DNA from: a virus
Lineage: Duplodnaviria > Caudoviricetes
Length of the DNA stretch: 25,474 nt
Direction: 5' to 3' (one strand)
Virus record (IMG/VR): IMGVR_UViG_3300008255_001971
Location: 1-25,474 of that record
Shown: in pieces, positions 8,203 through 16,515 of the stretch
How the letters are laid out: each line of letters opens with the position of its first letter
Position numbering within the stretch: the first letter of the stretch is position 1
Translations under genes and position numbers: made by a program
The notes under the pieces: generated by a model
Database searches by the model: none
What the model saw: only the letters and a program-made list of their open reading frames with translations
Told to the model about the DNA's origin: nothing

Positions 8203-8756
8203 TGAGTCGTCCTTTCGATGCCCCGCTTATTCCTCCGATTCCTCCGATGTTGCCTTTCCCAAAGGTGCCACCGGACGACTACGACTTTAAGCAGCAAAAA
8301 CAGGTAATTGAAACGAAGGCTTTGGGCGGAAGCGGCACGAGCGGCCCTTACCCATTTGACGTAGAAATTACCGGCACCGGCACCATTACCTGTAGCGTGC
8401 GAATTGGGGTATTGAACAACATCATCCCCAGCGATTTTACTGATACTTACGCATTTGCGGACAACGTAACGCGCTACCTGGTGTTGACTGCCACCGCGAC
8501 AGATGGGGCGATCACGGGTTGCTCATTGTCCATGGAGACCACTGCGCCCGCTGTTATGTCCACCTTGCAGGGCTCCCCTCCGGTCTCGTTTACCCTTTTG
8601 CTCGGTTTGGTAGTCAATGCGGTATGGTATCGCACCATTGGCAACGGTTCGCTGTTTGCCACCCCGGCAGAAGCATTCCGCATCAGCAAAACTTCACCCG
8701 CGCCCGGAACCCTGCCCTACGATATTTATTACACTTGGGCCATAACCAACGTCTAA
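8202..8756 (+). CDS. Putative tail-associated protein
   Basis: TAATG overlap with the upstream gene. Pro-rich N-terminus followed by a beta-rich domain. Confidence 0.55.
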   Translation: MSRPFDAPLIPPIPPMLPFPKVPPDDYDFKQQKQVIETKALGGSGTSGPYPFDVEITGTGTITCSVRIGVLNNIIPSDFTDTYAFADNVTRYLVLTATATDGAITGCSLSMETTAPAVMSTLQGSPPVSFTLLLGLVVNAVWYRTIGNGSLFATPAEAFRISKTSPAPGTLPYDIYYTWAITNV

Positions 8757-8763
8757 ACCTGCC

Positions 8764-10677
8764 ATGTGGAGCTATGAAACAACGCGCACGGCGGCCGTTA
8801 CGGTGTCAAACACCTATGCCCATTCCAGCACCGAGTCATTTACATCGTCCGCAACTGCAACGGATCCACCATCATGGACCGTAAATTTTACTGCGTGGGG
8901 CACGTATTACAACCATTCGAGCGACAAGGCCGGAATAAGAGGCTCACTTTCTTCCGGAGTAACGCTTTCGGAAGAAGGTCAATACTCGTCCGTGATAAAT
9001 TACGCCGACACTACTCCTAATTTGATTAGGGCCGAAACCACTCTGCGAATAGACGAATCAGATTTCAACGCGACCGCAGGCACATCGGCCCATCGCGTGA
9101 CCGTGGGGACAACTTATATAGACCCGGATACATTCTATAACCTGACGACCAGCTTTTCCGACCAGACAACGGGATCATGGGCAACCGGAACCGCTACCAC
9201 GGCGGCAACAACCGCAACAGGCACCATAACCAGTGCGCAGGCCGTTGAAACCGTGCTCTCGACCAGTTATTCCGCGCCAACCTCAACCAGCTATTCGACC
9301 ACCAACAGTTCAACTACCTCAACGACTTCGGCCTCAACCACGGCAACGAGCGTCACAACGTCGGCCTATACTACCAGCACTTTGGGCACCGTCACCCTGT
9401 CCGTAACCAGCACAGAAACCTATTCAGTGCCCCATGAAGCAATCCTAGACACGGTGATAGTTGCGGAAACCACAGACTGGCTTTGGAACATTACCACCAC
9501 AGGAACGGCTTTGGCCTCTGCCATTGGAGTATCTTTTACCGTAACCACCAATTCAGTGACGATTATTACAGGAGTTGTTCCTGAGACACAGGTGACTTTG
9601 GACAGCGCCGCAAACTATACTGGGCCAACCTACACTTACTCATACACCAATTACAATACCGCTTCGCTGACCTCAACGGCTTCGACGTTGCTTGCATCCA
9701 CTTACACCACGGCGGCAAGCACGACAAACGGCGGAACGATACCACTGTCAAACTCTCAGGCGGTGACGCTCGGATACGTGACCACCACGGCAGTAAGCCT
9801 GACTTACAACATCACGGACGTAAGCACGTTTGAGGAAACGGCACCATCCTATACCTCATACACATACGCCACGGAATACACCACCACGGTCGCCAACCGG
9901 GGCACCGTGCTATCCACCTCGGCTTTGACTACAAACAGCTCTTACGTGGTTTACGAACTAGAGGAAGCCAGTTCAAATTTCGGGGAAACATTAACATTTT
10001 CTCACCAAACCATAGGATTAACGGCAAACACCGCAGCGCAGTCCAGCAATCCTGCGGCGTTTGCCTACAACGAGCTGACGCCGGGATCGGGTTTTCAGGC
10101 TCCCAATGCCATGGGCTACGGCAATCCGGTCGGGACCAACATTTCCGGTGACACCGTGGCGATGAGCTGGGGCTCTGCATTTCCCGGCGTGGCCGTGCCG
10201 CTATACACCGATACGATTACCCTCTCGCTGGCGGGAACCATGAACACATCAACCCGCATTGCACCGGCCACCAACACCGGCAGCACAGTCGGCGGGTATG
10301 GCTGGTTTACTGGGACCAATAGCTTTACCACATTGACGGCTTGGAGCGGAGTGCAAACCGGCAGCACGTCGGCAAGTGGAACCACCACCACATCAGAACC
10401 ACCGCCCCCACCGGACCCGTTTGGACCCCCGCCAGGTCCAGGGGGATCAACCACCACCACCTACTCTGAAAGCGGCAGTTTTCAAAGCACTGTGCCGTGG
10501 GGCGTTCACCGCATAACCGCCCAGAACTCCACCGGCAGCACTAGCACGGCCTATGTCTCGTGGGCGGATTCGCTGACCACGTATTCAATCCACCGCAGCG
10601 AGTGTATCGCCTTTGAGCCCGCTGCCGTTGTTCACGGCCTTGGCCCGATTGCATTTTCCGCCTATCCCGGCAACTAA
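8764..10677 (+). CDS. Thr/Ser-rich (mucin-like) putative virion surface or fibre protein
   Basis: Manual count gives about 144 Thr and 90 Ser in 637 aa (about 37%), with one Lys seen. No signal peptide or TM. Polyproline stretch EPPPPPDPFGPPPGPGG near the C-terminus. Confidence 0.75.
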   Translation: MWSYETTRTAAVTVSNTYAHSSTESFTSSATATDPPSWTVNFTAWGTYYNHSSDKAGIRGSLSSGVTLSEEGQYSSVINYADTTPNLIRAETTLRIDESDFNATAGTSAHRVTVGTTYIDPDTFYNLTTSFSDQTTGSWATGTATTAATTATGTITSAQAVETVLSTSYSAPTSTSYSTTNSSTTSTTSASTTATSVTTSAYTTSTLGTVTLSVTSTETYSVPHEAILDTVIVAETTDWLWNITTTGTALASAIGVSFTVTTNSVTIITGVVPETQVTLDSAANYTGPTYTYSYTNYNTASLTSTASTLLASTYTTAASTTNGGTIPLSNSQAVTLGYVTTTAVSLTYNITDVSTFEETAPSYTSYTYATEYTTTVANRGTVLSTSALTTNSSYVVYELEEASSNFGETLTFSHQTIGLTANTAAQSSNPAAFAYNELTPGSGFQAPNAMGYGNPVGTNISGDTVAMSWGSAFPGVAVPLYTDTITLSLAGTMNTSTRIAPATNTGSTVGGYGWFTGTNSFTTLTAWSGVQTGSTSASGTTTTSEPPPPPDPFGPPPGPGGSTTTTYSESGSFQSTVPWGVHRITAQNSTGSTSTAYVSWADSLTTYSIHRSECIAFEPAAVVHGLGPIAFSAYPGN

Positions 10678-10681
10678 CCCT

Positions 10682-11722
10682 ATGAAACTAATCATCACCG
10701 TCTGCGCCACCGAGGGCTATTGTTACGCCATGCGTGCGCTGGCGCAGCGCATAACCGCCAATCTGAATGCGGCCAAGTGGACTGAACCCGGTATTGCGAT
10801 CATTGCCGGAGATAACACGCGGGCGTGCAAAGATGCGGTGACGCACTGGAAAGAGGCACTGCCCGACAAGTGGGAAGTCCGCCATTTGGTTGCAGCCAAG
10901 GATTCCGGAAATTCCCCCAACTACAAAGAGGTTGCCCAGCTTACCATTGCCGCCCTGCGCAGCGCCGCCTTTACCGAAGCCCGCCGCCACAACCCTGATT
11001 ACACCTGGAGTCTGGACAGCGACACACTGCCACCGGCCAATGCCCTGCGCTGCATGATCGACATGCTAGGCTTTGACGCAGGTTATTACAGCGTTTCGAC
11101 CTGCCCTTATCCCAACGAGGCATTTCTTGGCGGGAGAGGAACCCCGCAAAATCCCATTGCCGAGGACTTCACCGAAAACGAACGGACCTTGCCTGATGAA
11201 CTGAAAGCCCGGATCGAAGTTCTCAAAAAGGAGGCTGAAACCAGCACCGCTACAAGCCCATCTCCGGAATGGATCGAGAAGAAGAAAGCCGTGGAAGAGG
11301 ATGTTAAAAAATGTCCCCCGGCTGGCAATATATGGGAAATCATTGCCAAGCATGGGTGGAGAAAGCGTGGCTGGCTGGAACACGCATACCCGGCCATTGG
11401 CAAGGGTTCGATTGTTCCTTCTGATTGGTGCGGGTTTGGCTGCACCTTGCTCAACAATGAAGCCCTCCAACTGGCAAATTTCGACGGTTACGAAGGCAAG
11501 GGCACCGAAGACTTGTATGTTGTTTGGCATCGCTGGCACCCTGCCGGTTTGCGCATCAATGTTATCCCTCACTGTCCATGCGATCATGTCATCTGGCAAA
11601 AGAAGAAGGGCGGCAATAATGCGGACTACCAAATTATCCTATCTACGCACGAAACGCAGGGGGAACACGTCGGGCATCTGCGCACCCGCAAGGTTGCTTG
11701 GGAGCCCAAATCCGACAAATGA
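10682..11722 (+). CDS. GT-A fold glycosyltransferase
   Basis: Start moved to ATG 10682, 4 nt after the upstream stop. Motifs: first strand MKLIITVC, IAALRSAA, DxD motif YTWSLDSDTLPP, DWCGFGCTLL, acidic GTEDLY and a C-terminal CDH metal-binding His. Confidence 0.85.
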   Translation: MKLIITVCATEGYCYAMRALAQRITANLNAAKWTEPGIAIIAGDNTRACKDAVTHWKEALPDKWEVRHLVAAKDSGNSPNYKEVAQLTIAALRSAAFTEARRHNPDYTWSLDSDTLPPANALRCMIDMLGFDAGYYSVSTCPYPNEAFLGGRGTPQNPIAEDFTENERTLPDELKARIEVLKKEAETSTATSPSPEWIEKKKAVEEDVKKCPPAGNIWEIIAKHGWRKRGWLEHAYPAIGKGSIVPSDWCGFGCTLLNNEALQLANFDGYEGKGTEDLYVVWHRWHPAGLRINVIPHCPCDHVIWQKKKGGNNADYQIILSTHETQGEHVGHLRTRKVAWEPKSDK

Positions 11723-11761
11723 AACCGGCTAGTCAGGGCGGGGAACAGGTAGGCTGACGGG

Positions 11762-13582
11762 GTGGAATACTTCTCGATCCCCAATTTTCGTCCCATAGAG
11801 ACAAAGGAAGATGCGACTGACCAAGATCGCGGGGCATTGCGTATTTGCGAGGGGCTGGCCCCATACCCGCAGGGAGCACTTTGCGCAGGGCCGGAGTGGA
11901 AAAGCCTCTGGGGGTTGAGTTCCTTGGGGGGAGACATTGAAACGGCACTGACCGGGGCAAACGCAGCCAAAGCCCATTTTGTCACCGTAGCCAAGAACGG
12001 GCATACCTTCCTTGTTTGCTGGTCCTTGCAGGCTTCCCGAGCCCTTGGGTTCTTCTATCTGTCCGGCTCCGACAGCAATCAGGATTTAGACGCCACTGGC
12101 TCAGTTACGATCACGGCGACCAATGATGCCGTTTACAGGGACAAAGACCCCACGGCGCAATGGTATGCTTCGCCCATCGCAGACCGAATTCTATTCGGGA
12201 ACGGGGTGGATTCCAATTTGGTGTGGTATAGCTCTGCCTTGGCTGTTTTTGGCCCGAGCACGCCACCAGCAGACGTGAACAAGCGGGGAAAGATACGAAT
12301 TCCCGCGTGCACGACATTCCGCCAACACGTAAACCGCTCAATCTTTGCGGCAGGCAATGCGGCCAGTCCTATGCGGGTCTGGATTACGGATGCCCCAAAT
12401 CAGGGGGAACCATTCATTGACGGGGTTTATTCGCTGGCAACGTCCTTCATTGCGGTGCACCCCCACGGCGGAGCGACGGCAATCAAGGCACTGTCTGTTT
12501 TCCAGCAATACGTCACCGTCCACACGGACCAAGCCCCAATCAACCTTTACGGGGTGGATAACACGTCTGACGGGTGGAAGTGCCAGCAGAGTGCCAGCGC
12601 GGCCAATAGCTCGGCTATCAATCCGGACTGCGTGGGGGACGTGAACGGAGACGCGGACTTTTACCTTGGGCGGGACTTGGAGGTATATTTCGACCAGGCA
12701 ATCCGTTCCGGGCCATTCAATAAGCATACGGCACGGAGCCAAGAGATTGCCACCGTGCAGGGGGCAGGCGTCTGGAATAAGAACGCTGCGCGGCCCTTGG
12801 AAGCCTACGGATACCATACGGCCTATGACCGGCAATCGCGCCTATTCTGGATGTTTATGCCCAATGAGCATGACCTTCGGCCAAGTCTTTACGTTTTTAA
12901 CGAGCGAACCCGTAGCGTGGCGGGTCCGTGGCGGTATCCTGATGCCGTAGTGAGCACGGTTTTGAAGGCTTTGGGGGCTTCGACCGTGGCAGTTATCACG
13001 GAGGCCGGAGAATGCCTGTATTCGCGTCTCGACGAGATAGGAGAGTTGCAACCCGAGGACATGGAGGCGGCTGGGACTGCCCTTGGTTCTGGGTATGCCA
13101 TTGCTGGGGCGGAGCCGACTCCGACTTCTGGTATTCCGTTTGTTGCGATGACGGCGAACAATGCGAGCATTCTGGAAACCGCTTCGGGTGAAACCGTGGG
13201 GCTTGATAGCATGTGGGGACCGATTGCTACTCTGGATCCAACAGACTACACCCTGACCCAGTATTTCAACAATGCCTACATTGCCCGCTTTGAATTCCCG
13301 TGGCAGGACTTAGGGAATCCAAAGACGTTCAAGAACTTCCTGGAAGTGCAGTTGACGATAGAACGGGACTCGCGGGCTTACGTTGGAATCTACGCGGAAA
13401 CGGACTCTGGGCGGACTGGTGGACGCTGGAAGGGGATTGTGCACGGCAAGGACACGGTGCGGATCCCGCTCAATCTATTCGGCCACAAGCTGCGCGTGCG
13501 CGTCGTGGCGGTGTGCTTCAACTCTGGCCGGTTCCTGATTCGGGACGTTCAGCTAGGCTTTGCCGTGGGCGGGGCGGACTGA
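11762..13582 (+). CDS. P22 gp10-like/tail tubular B-like DNA stabilization (nozzle) protein
   Basis: About 600 aa and beta-propeller-like. N-terminal NFRPIET..D.....GALR...L.P..QGAL and C-terminal WQDLGNPKTFKNF...G.KLRVRV patterns are typical of podovirus nozzle proteins. Confidence 0.65.
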   Translation: MEYFSIPNFRPIETKEDATDQDRGALRICEGLAPYPQGALCAGPEWKSLWGLSSLGGDIETALTGANAAKAHFVTVAKNGHTFLVCWSLQASRALGFFYLSGSDSNQDLDATGSVTITATNDAVYRDKDPTAQWYASPIADRILFGNGVDSNLVWYSSALAVFGPSTPPADVNKRGKIRIPACTTFRQHVNRSIFAAGNAASPMRVWITDAPNQGEPFIDGVYSLATSFIAVHPHGGATAIKALSVFQQYVTVHTDQAPINLYGVDNTSDGWKCQQSASAANSSAINPDCVGDVNGDADFYLGRDLEVYFDQAIRSGPFNKHTARSQEIATVQGAGVWNKNAARPLEAYGYHTAYDRQSRLFWMFMPNEHDLRPSLYVFNERTRSVAGPWRYPDAVVSTVLKALGASTVAVITEAGECLYSRLDEIGELQPEDMEAAGTALGSGYAIAGAEPTPTSGIPFVAMTANNASILETASGETVGLDSMWGPIATLDPTDYTLTQYFNNAYIARFEFPWQDLGNPKTFKNFLEVQLTIERDSRAYVGIYAETDSGRTGGRWKGIVHGKDTVRIPLNLFGHKLRVRVVAVCFNSGRFLIRDVQLGFAVGGAD

Positions 13583-13840
13583 TGTGTTGGGTGATTGTCG
13601 GAAGCAAAGCGTTCCCTTCGCTATCTCATAGCAGGCGTGCATTGTGCGAACGACGCCCATTAAATGCTTCGTGCAGATGCAATGATTGTCCTGAGTCGGT
13701 CCCAAGTCCTTAAAATGGGCGCACTGCTGGCATTCGCGTTCGTCCACATCATAGACCTTCGTTCCGCATTTCACGCACCAAGAGCCGGTCTTACCCTTGC
13801 GGCCTTGGGTTACGGTGCATCTGTCACATTTGGTTTTCAT
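13553..13840 (-). CDS. Small Cys-rich putative Zn-binding protein coupled to the integrase
   Basis: Start moved to ATG 13840, which forms an ATGA overlap with the integrase stop. 95 aa with CDRC, CVKC, CQQC, CIC, HAC and one further Cys. Confidence 0.65.
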   Translation of the reverse strand: MKTKCDRCTVTQGRKGKTGSWCVKCGTKVYDVDERECQQCAHFKDLGPTQDNHCICTKHLMGVVRTMHACYEIAKGTLCFRQSPNTSVRPAHGKA

Positions 13841-15123
13841 GCGAATTTGAGAATAGCGGCTTCCGCAGGCTCGGACCATAGGCCGGTCAACCGATCAGGG
13901 AGCATGTTATCTGCGTAGTGAGCAACGGTTGTTTTCGTGTCTCGATGCCCTGCTTGCTGCGCAGCGGCGAGAATACCGTCAGTCTTGGCCTTGCAGGATA
14001 CCCAGCACTTGCGGAGTTCATGGAGGGGCTTGGTTACGGCATATTCAGCCGGGATAATGCCCTTCACCCAGTCATTGAGCCGGTCAAGGGACTCGGAAGC
14101 CTGAACCGGACCCAGTTCATGCAGCGTCTTCGAAACCCACGGCTCAAGAGCAACCTTTCGCCCTGTCCCGTGCTTTGGATTAAATACGCCGTTGACCGTC
14201 ACGAGCATCATAGGCCGGTCCTCTTCCCGTAACCACGAGGTAGCAAAGGCCAGTGCCTCGGCACGGCGCAAACCGCAGTGCATGCAGAGCAGGAAGGCGC
14301 GGAATGCGTCAAGGTCATCGTTCCGGAGGGCAATGCTGGCTCGCATAACGTCCACAATCACGGAAGCCGGGAGCAACTGGAAATACTTCTTCGCGCCAAA
14401 GTCAGGCTCGCTCATAAATCCAGATATATCCGGCATCTTGAGTTTAAGCTGGGTATAGTAGCGCATTGCATTCTTGGAAAAGAAGGCCCGAGCACTCCGC
14501 AACGTGGAGTCGCAACTGATTTTCGAGGTGAGAATAACCTCTTCGTCTTCCTCGTCAGCCGGGACGGATGCCAACTTGAAATCCATCGCATACTTCGTGG
14601 TGAGCACGTCGATTCTCTGGCCGAACCAAGGGGAGTAATCAACATTGTGCTGGCCGAGCAGGGAGACGAACGGCTTGTCCTTCCGGTAGGATTCAACCTT
14701 GCGAATCAGGTAGGCGAGCGAGGAACGGTATCCGGAGTAGGTTGCATCGCTGACACGTCCACCCTTGCGGCCAATGATGTTCAGGGCACTCTTGTAGGCG
14801 TCCAGAATGTCTTGGAACGTGGGGCATCCCATACGCTCGGCCTTGCTCGGGTTGTAGATCGCAACGGCTTTGTCCATCGTGTTTGCTCCCACGGTGAGAT
14901 AGCCAATGATTTCCTCCGCGTTCCTTTCCGCCATGCGAACGTCAGACCCAACCGGAAACCTGGTAAGTTTCCCCGCTACGGTTTTCGAGACGTAGAAGGC
15001 GCGGGTGTATTTGTGCTCACCGTTGCGCGTGAAGCGTTGCCGGTAAACCGTCACTCCAAACTTCGTGGTTTTGAAGCGAACTACCTTTTCGCCTACCGTT
15101 TCAATTGACTCTTTTAGGGGCAT
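13837..15123 (-). CDS. int: Tyrosine recombinase/phage integrase
   Basis: Catalytic motifs occur in order: CGLRRAEAL (R), NPKHG (K), LHELRK (HxxR), AGHRDTKTTVAHY (H, Y). The basic beta-rich N-terminus resembles an arm-binding domain. Adjacent to a tRNA fragment. Confidence 0.95.
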   Translation of the reverse strand: MPLKESIETVGEKVVRFKTTKFGVTVYRQRFTRNGEHKYTRAFYVSKTVAGKLTRFPVGSDVRMAERNAEEIIGYLTVGANTMDKAVAIYNPSKAERMGCPTFQDILDAYKSALNIIGRKGGRVSDATYSGYRSSLAYLIRKVESYRKDKPFVSLLGQHNVDYSPWFGQRIDVLTTKYAMDFKLASVPADEEDEEVILTSKISCDSTLRSARAFFSKNAMRYYTQLKLKMPDISGFMSEPDFGAKKYFQLLPASVIVDVMRASIALRNDDLDAFRAFLLCMHCGLRRAEALAFATSWLREEDRPMMLVTVNGVFNPKHGTGRKVALEPWVSKTLHELGPVQASESLDRLNDWVKGIIPAEYAVTKPLHELRKCWVSCKAKTDGILAAAQQAGHRDTKTTVAHYADNMLPDRLTGLWSEPAEAAILKFA

Positions 15124-15125
15124 AA

Positions 15126-15139
15126 GCTTATCAAGATTT
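15126..15139 (+). repeat. Integrase arm-type site, partial copy (GCTTATCAAGATTT)
   Basis: Exact match to the first 14 nt of the 15161 repeat. Lies 2 nt from the int start codon. Confidence 0.7.
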
Positions 15140-15160
15140 CGATGCCCTGCAAAAAATAGT

Positions 15161-15182
15161 GCTTATCAAGATTTAGCAAGCC
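15161..15182 (+). repeat. Integrase arm-type direct repeat (GCTTATCAAGATTTAGCAAGCC)
   Basis: 20/22 identical to 15393-15414. Built of tandem TTATCAAG and TTAGCAAG units. Confidence 0.8.
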
Positions 15183-15276
15183 TATTTAGATAACCGTTCC
15201 GCGCTATTCCCACTTGTTTACCTATAGCAACGACTTAGCGTAACGGTATTCCTTTAGGTTCCGCACCTAAATAGGA

Positions 15277-15323
15277 GACTACGAATCAGAAGGTTGCAGA
15301 TTCAAGTTCTGCCGGGTGCACCA
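15277..15323 (+). tRNA. 3' half of tRNA-Arg(ACG), att core (not a complete tRNA)
   Basis: GA-CT-ACG-AA-TCAGA-AGGTT-GCAGA-TTCAAGT-TCTGC-CGGGTGC-A-CCA gives the anticodon loop, T arm, 3' acceptor strand and CCA. No 5' acceptor strand or D arm is found upstream. Confidence 0.88.
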
Positions 15324-15327
15324 TTTT

Positions 15328-15369
15328 AAGCCCCTTGTGAATAATGACTTACACGGGGCTTTATCTTTT
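15328..15369 (+). terminator. Hairpin terminator downstream of the tRNA fragment
   Basis: AAGCCCC.TGTGA...TTACA.GGGGCTT stem followed by TATCTTTT. Confidence 0.6.
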
Positions 15370-15392
15370 CTGCTTGGTGGGGTGAGTTTTGG

Positions 15393-15414
15393 GCTTATCA
15401 ACTTTTAGCAAGCC
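15393..15414 (+). repeat. Integrase arm-type direct repeat (GCTTATCAACTTTTAGCAAGCC)
   Basis: Second copy of the 22-bp repeat, on the other side of the core. Confidence 0.8.
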
Positions 15415-15430
15415 GTTGTAAGCGAAAAGC

Positions 15431-15727
15431 ATGAGTCAACCCACCACTTCAAACATTGAGGCTCAGACTCTTGCCGATGATGTTAGATCGTCGGAACAAC
15501 TCTACCTCGACGCGGCGATGAAGTGTTTCAAGGAGAGGTTCGGCATGGAATACTATCGCTTGCGGGCGTATGCGTTCGAATCGGGACATAAGGTAATTAC
15601 GCTCAATGTGCGGGTGAAGTGCGATTTCAAGAAGCGGACGGTAACGGTTGAATCCGTGCCGGAATTCATACCGGAGGAAGGGGTGACTCAACGGCAAGTG
15701 CCGGAGCCAAAAAACCATGAATCTTGA
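15431..15727 (+). CDS. Hypothetical protein
   Basis: 98-aa ORF overlapping the next gene. No motif recognised. Confidence 0.6.
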   Translation: MSQPTTSNIEAQTLADDVRSSEQLYLDAAMKCFKERFGMEYYRLRAYAFESGHKVITLNVRVKCDFKKRTVTVESVPEFIPEEGVTQRQVPEPKNHES

Positions 15728-16013
15728 CCGAAACATATACCTTGAGCGTTATGGGGATCCTAAAACGTGGTTCTCGGACTGTTCGGCGCGGCCTGGTAAT
15801 TATCTAACGAAGGATACTCAACGGGTAGTGCACGAGCGATTGAATGCCAATCAAAAGCTGATCGCGGGCATGTCGATCAGGCTGCACACGTCAGAAGTGA
15901 TTGCGGCGGTGCTGGGAGTCTCGCGGATAGCGGTGAACAATCGCAGGCGGCAAATGGGGTTGCAGTTACCCCGAGGGCAGGGAAAGCGGCGCATAGTGGC
16001 ATGCTTGACTTAG
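15717..16013 (+). CDS. Small HTH DNA-binding protein
   Basis: TSEVIAAVLGVSRIAVNNRRRQMGL fits a helix-turn-helix consensus. Confidence 0.65.
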   Translation: MNLDRNIYLERYGDPKTWFSDCSARPGNYLTKDTQRVVHERLNANQKLIAGMSIRLHTSEVIAAVLGVSRIAVNNRRRQMGLQLPRGQGKRRIVACLT

Positions 16014-16039
16014 CAGAATAGGTTTCTGATGGTTCAGGG

Positions 16040-16507
16040 ATGCCCCCTGTTACAAAGCGTCTGTTTGGCGACCTGTGCGCGGTAAAGATAGAAGACTCTG
16101 GCCGGTCAGTGAAGGAGATTGCCAGCAAGATACCGCGAACCCCGGCGAGTCAGTTCACGCGCTGGAAGAAAGGGCTTTGGACATACATCCCTCCGGATAA
16201 GCTGGAAGCGGTGTGCCGGGAGATAAGCCCTGACGACTATCGCGGGCAACTAGACTTGATTATTGCGTATCTGGCTGACCAAACCCCAGCGGCATTCCGT
16301 CCTTCGATTCTGATAGGGCAGAAGGGCGAGGCCGAGGGCAAGGGGCTTAGACCAATGGCCGGGGCGGGCTCGAACTGGTCCGAGGAAATGCGGCAACGCT
16401 TGGATGCCGTGGCGCAAGCCTACCTATTGAATGACGACTTCGCCAACATGGTGAACAGCCTGACCGCGTGGGGAAAGCGGCTGGTGCAGGAATCAAAGGA
16501 CAAGTAG
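16040..16507 (+). CDS. XRE/Cro-CI-type HTH regulator
   Basis: N-terminal KIEDSGRSVKEIASKI..TPASQFTRWKKG....IPPDKLEAVC is XRE-like. No S24 autopeptidase motif is seen in the C-terminus. Confidence 0.7.
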   Translation: MPPVTKRLFGDLCAVKIEDSGRSVKEIASKIPRTPASQFTRWKKGLWTYIPPDKLEAVCREISPDDYRGQLDLIIAYLADQTPAAFRPSILIGQKGEAEGKGLRPMAGAGSNWSEEMRQRLDAVAQAYLLNDDFANMVNSLTAWGKRLVQESKDK

Positions 16508-16515
16508 CCGGTGAG

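Larger units (their letters stand above)
15126..15414. other. attP region (P arm, tRNA-Arg core, P' arm)
   Basis: Non-coding, AT-richer segment next to int. It contains the tRNA 3' half flanked on both sides by near-identical direct repeats. Confidence 0.8.

Noticed and set aside
9180-9420. ACC/ACN-rich stretch as a tandem repeat or CRISPR-like array
   Set aside because: There is no fixed repeat unit or spacer pattern. It reflects Thr/Ser codons in the 637-aa gene.
10613-10681. Longer ORF-track starts (also 704, 13879, 17274, 18015, 23103, 24529)
   Set aside because: Downstream ATGs give stop-start coupling or clean domain N-termini, whereas the longer versions overlap neighbouring genes or operators.
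6703-13582. Diversity-generating retroelement or invertible tail-fibre cassette
   Set aside because: No reverse transcriptase, invertase or duplicated TR/VR-like segment was seen by eye in this window.
14278-15108. 276-aa plus-strand ORF
   Set aside because: It is antisense to the integrase, which has a full set of catalytic motifs.
15247-15323. Complete tRNA-Arg gene
   Set aside because: The sequence upstream of 15277 cannot form the 5' acceptor strand (GCACCCG expected), the D arm or the 5' anticodon stem. Only the 3' half is present.
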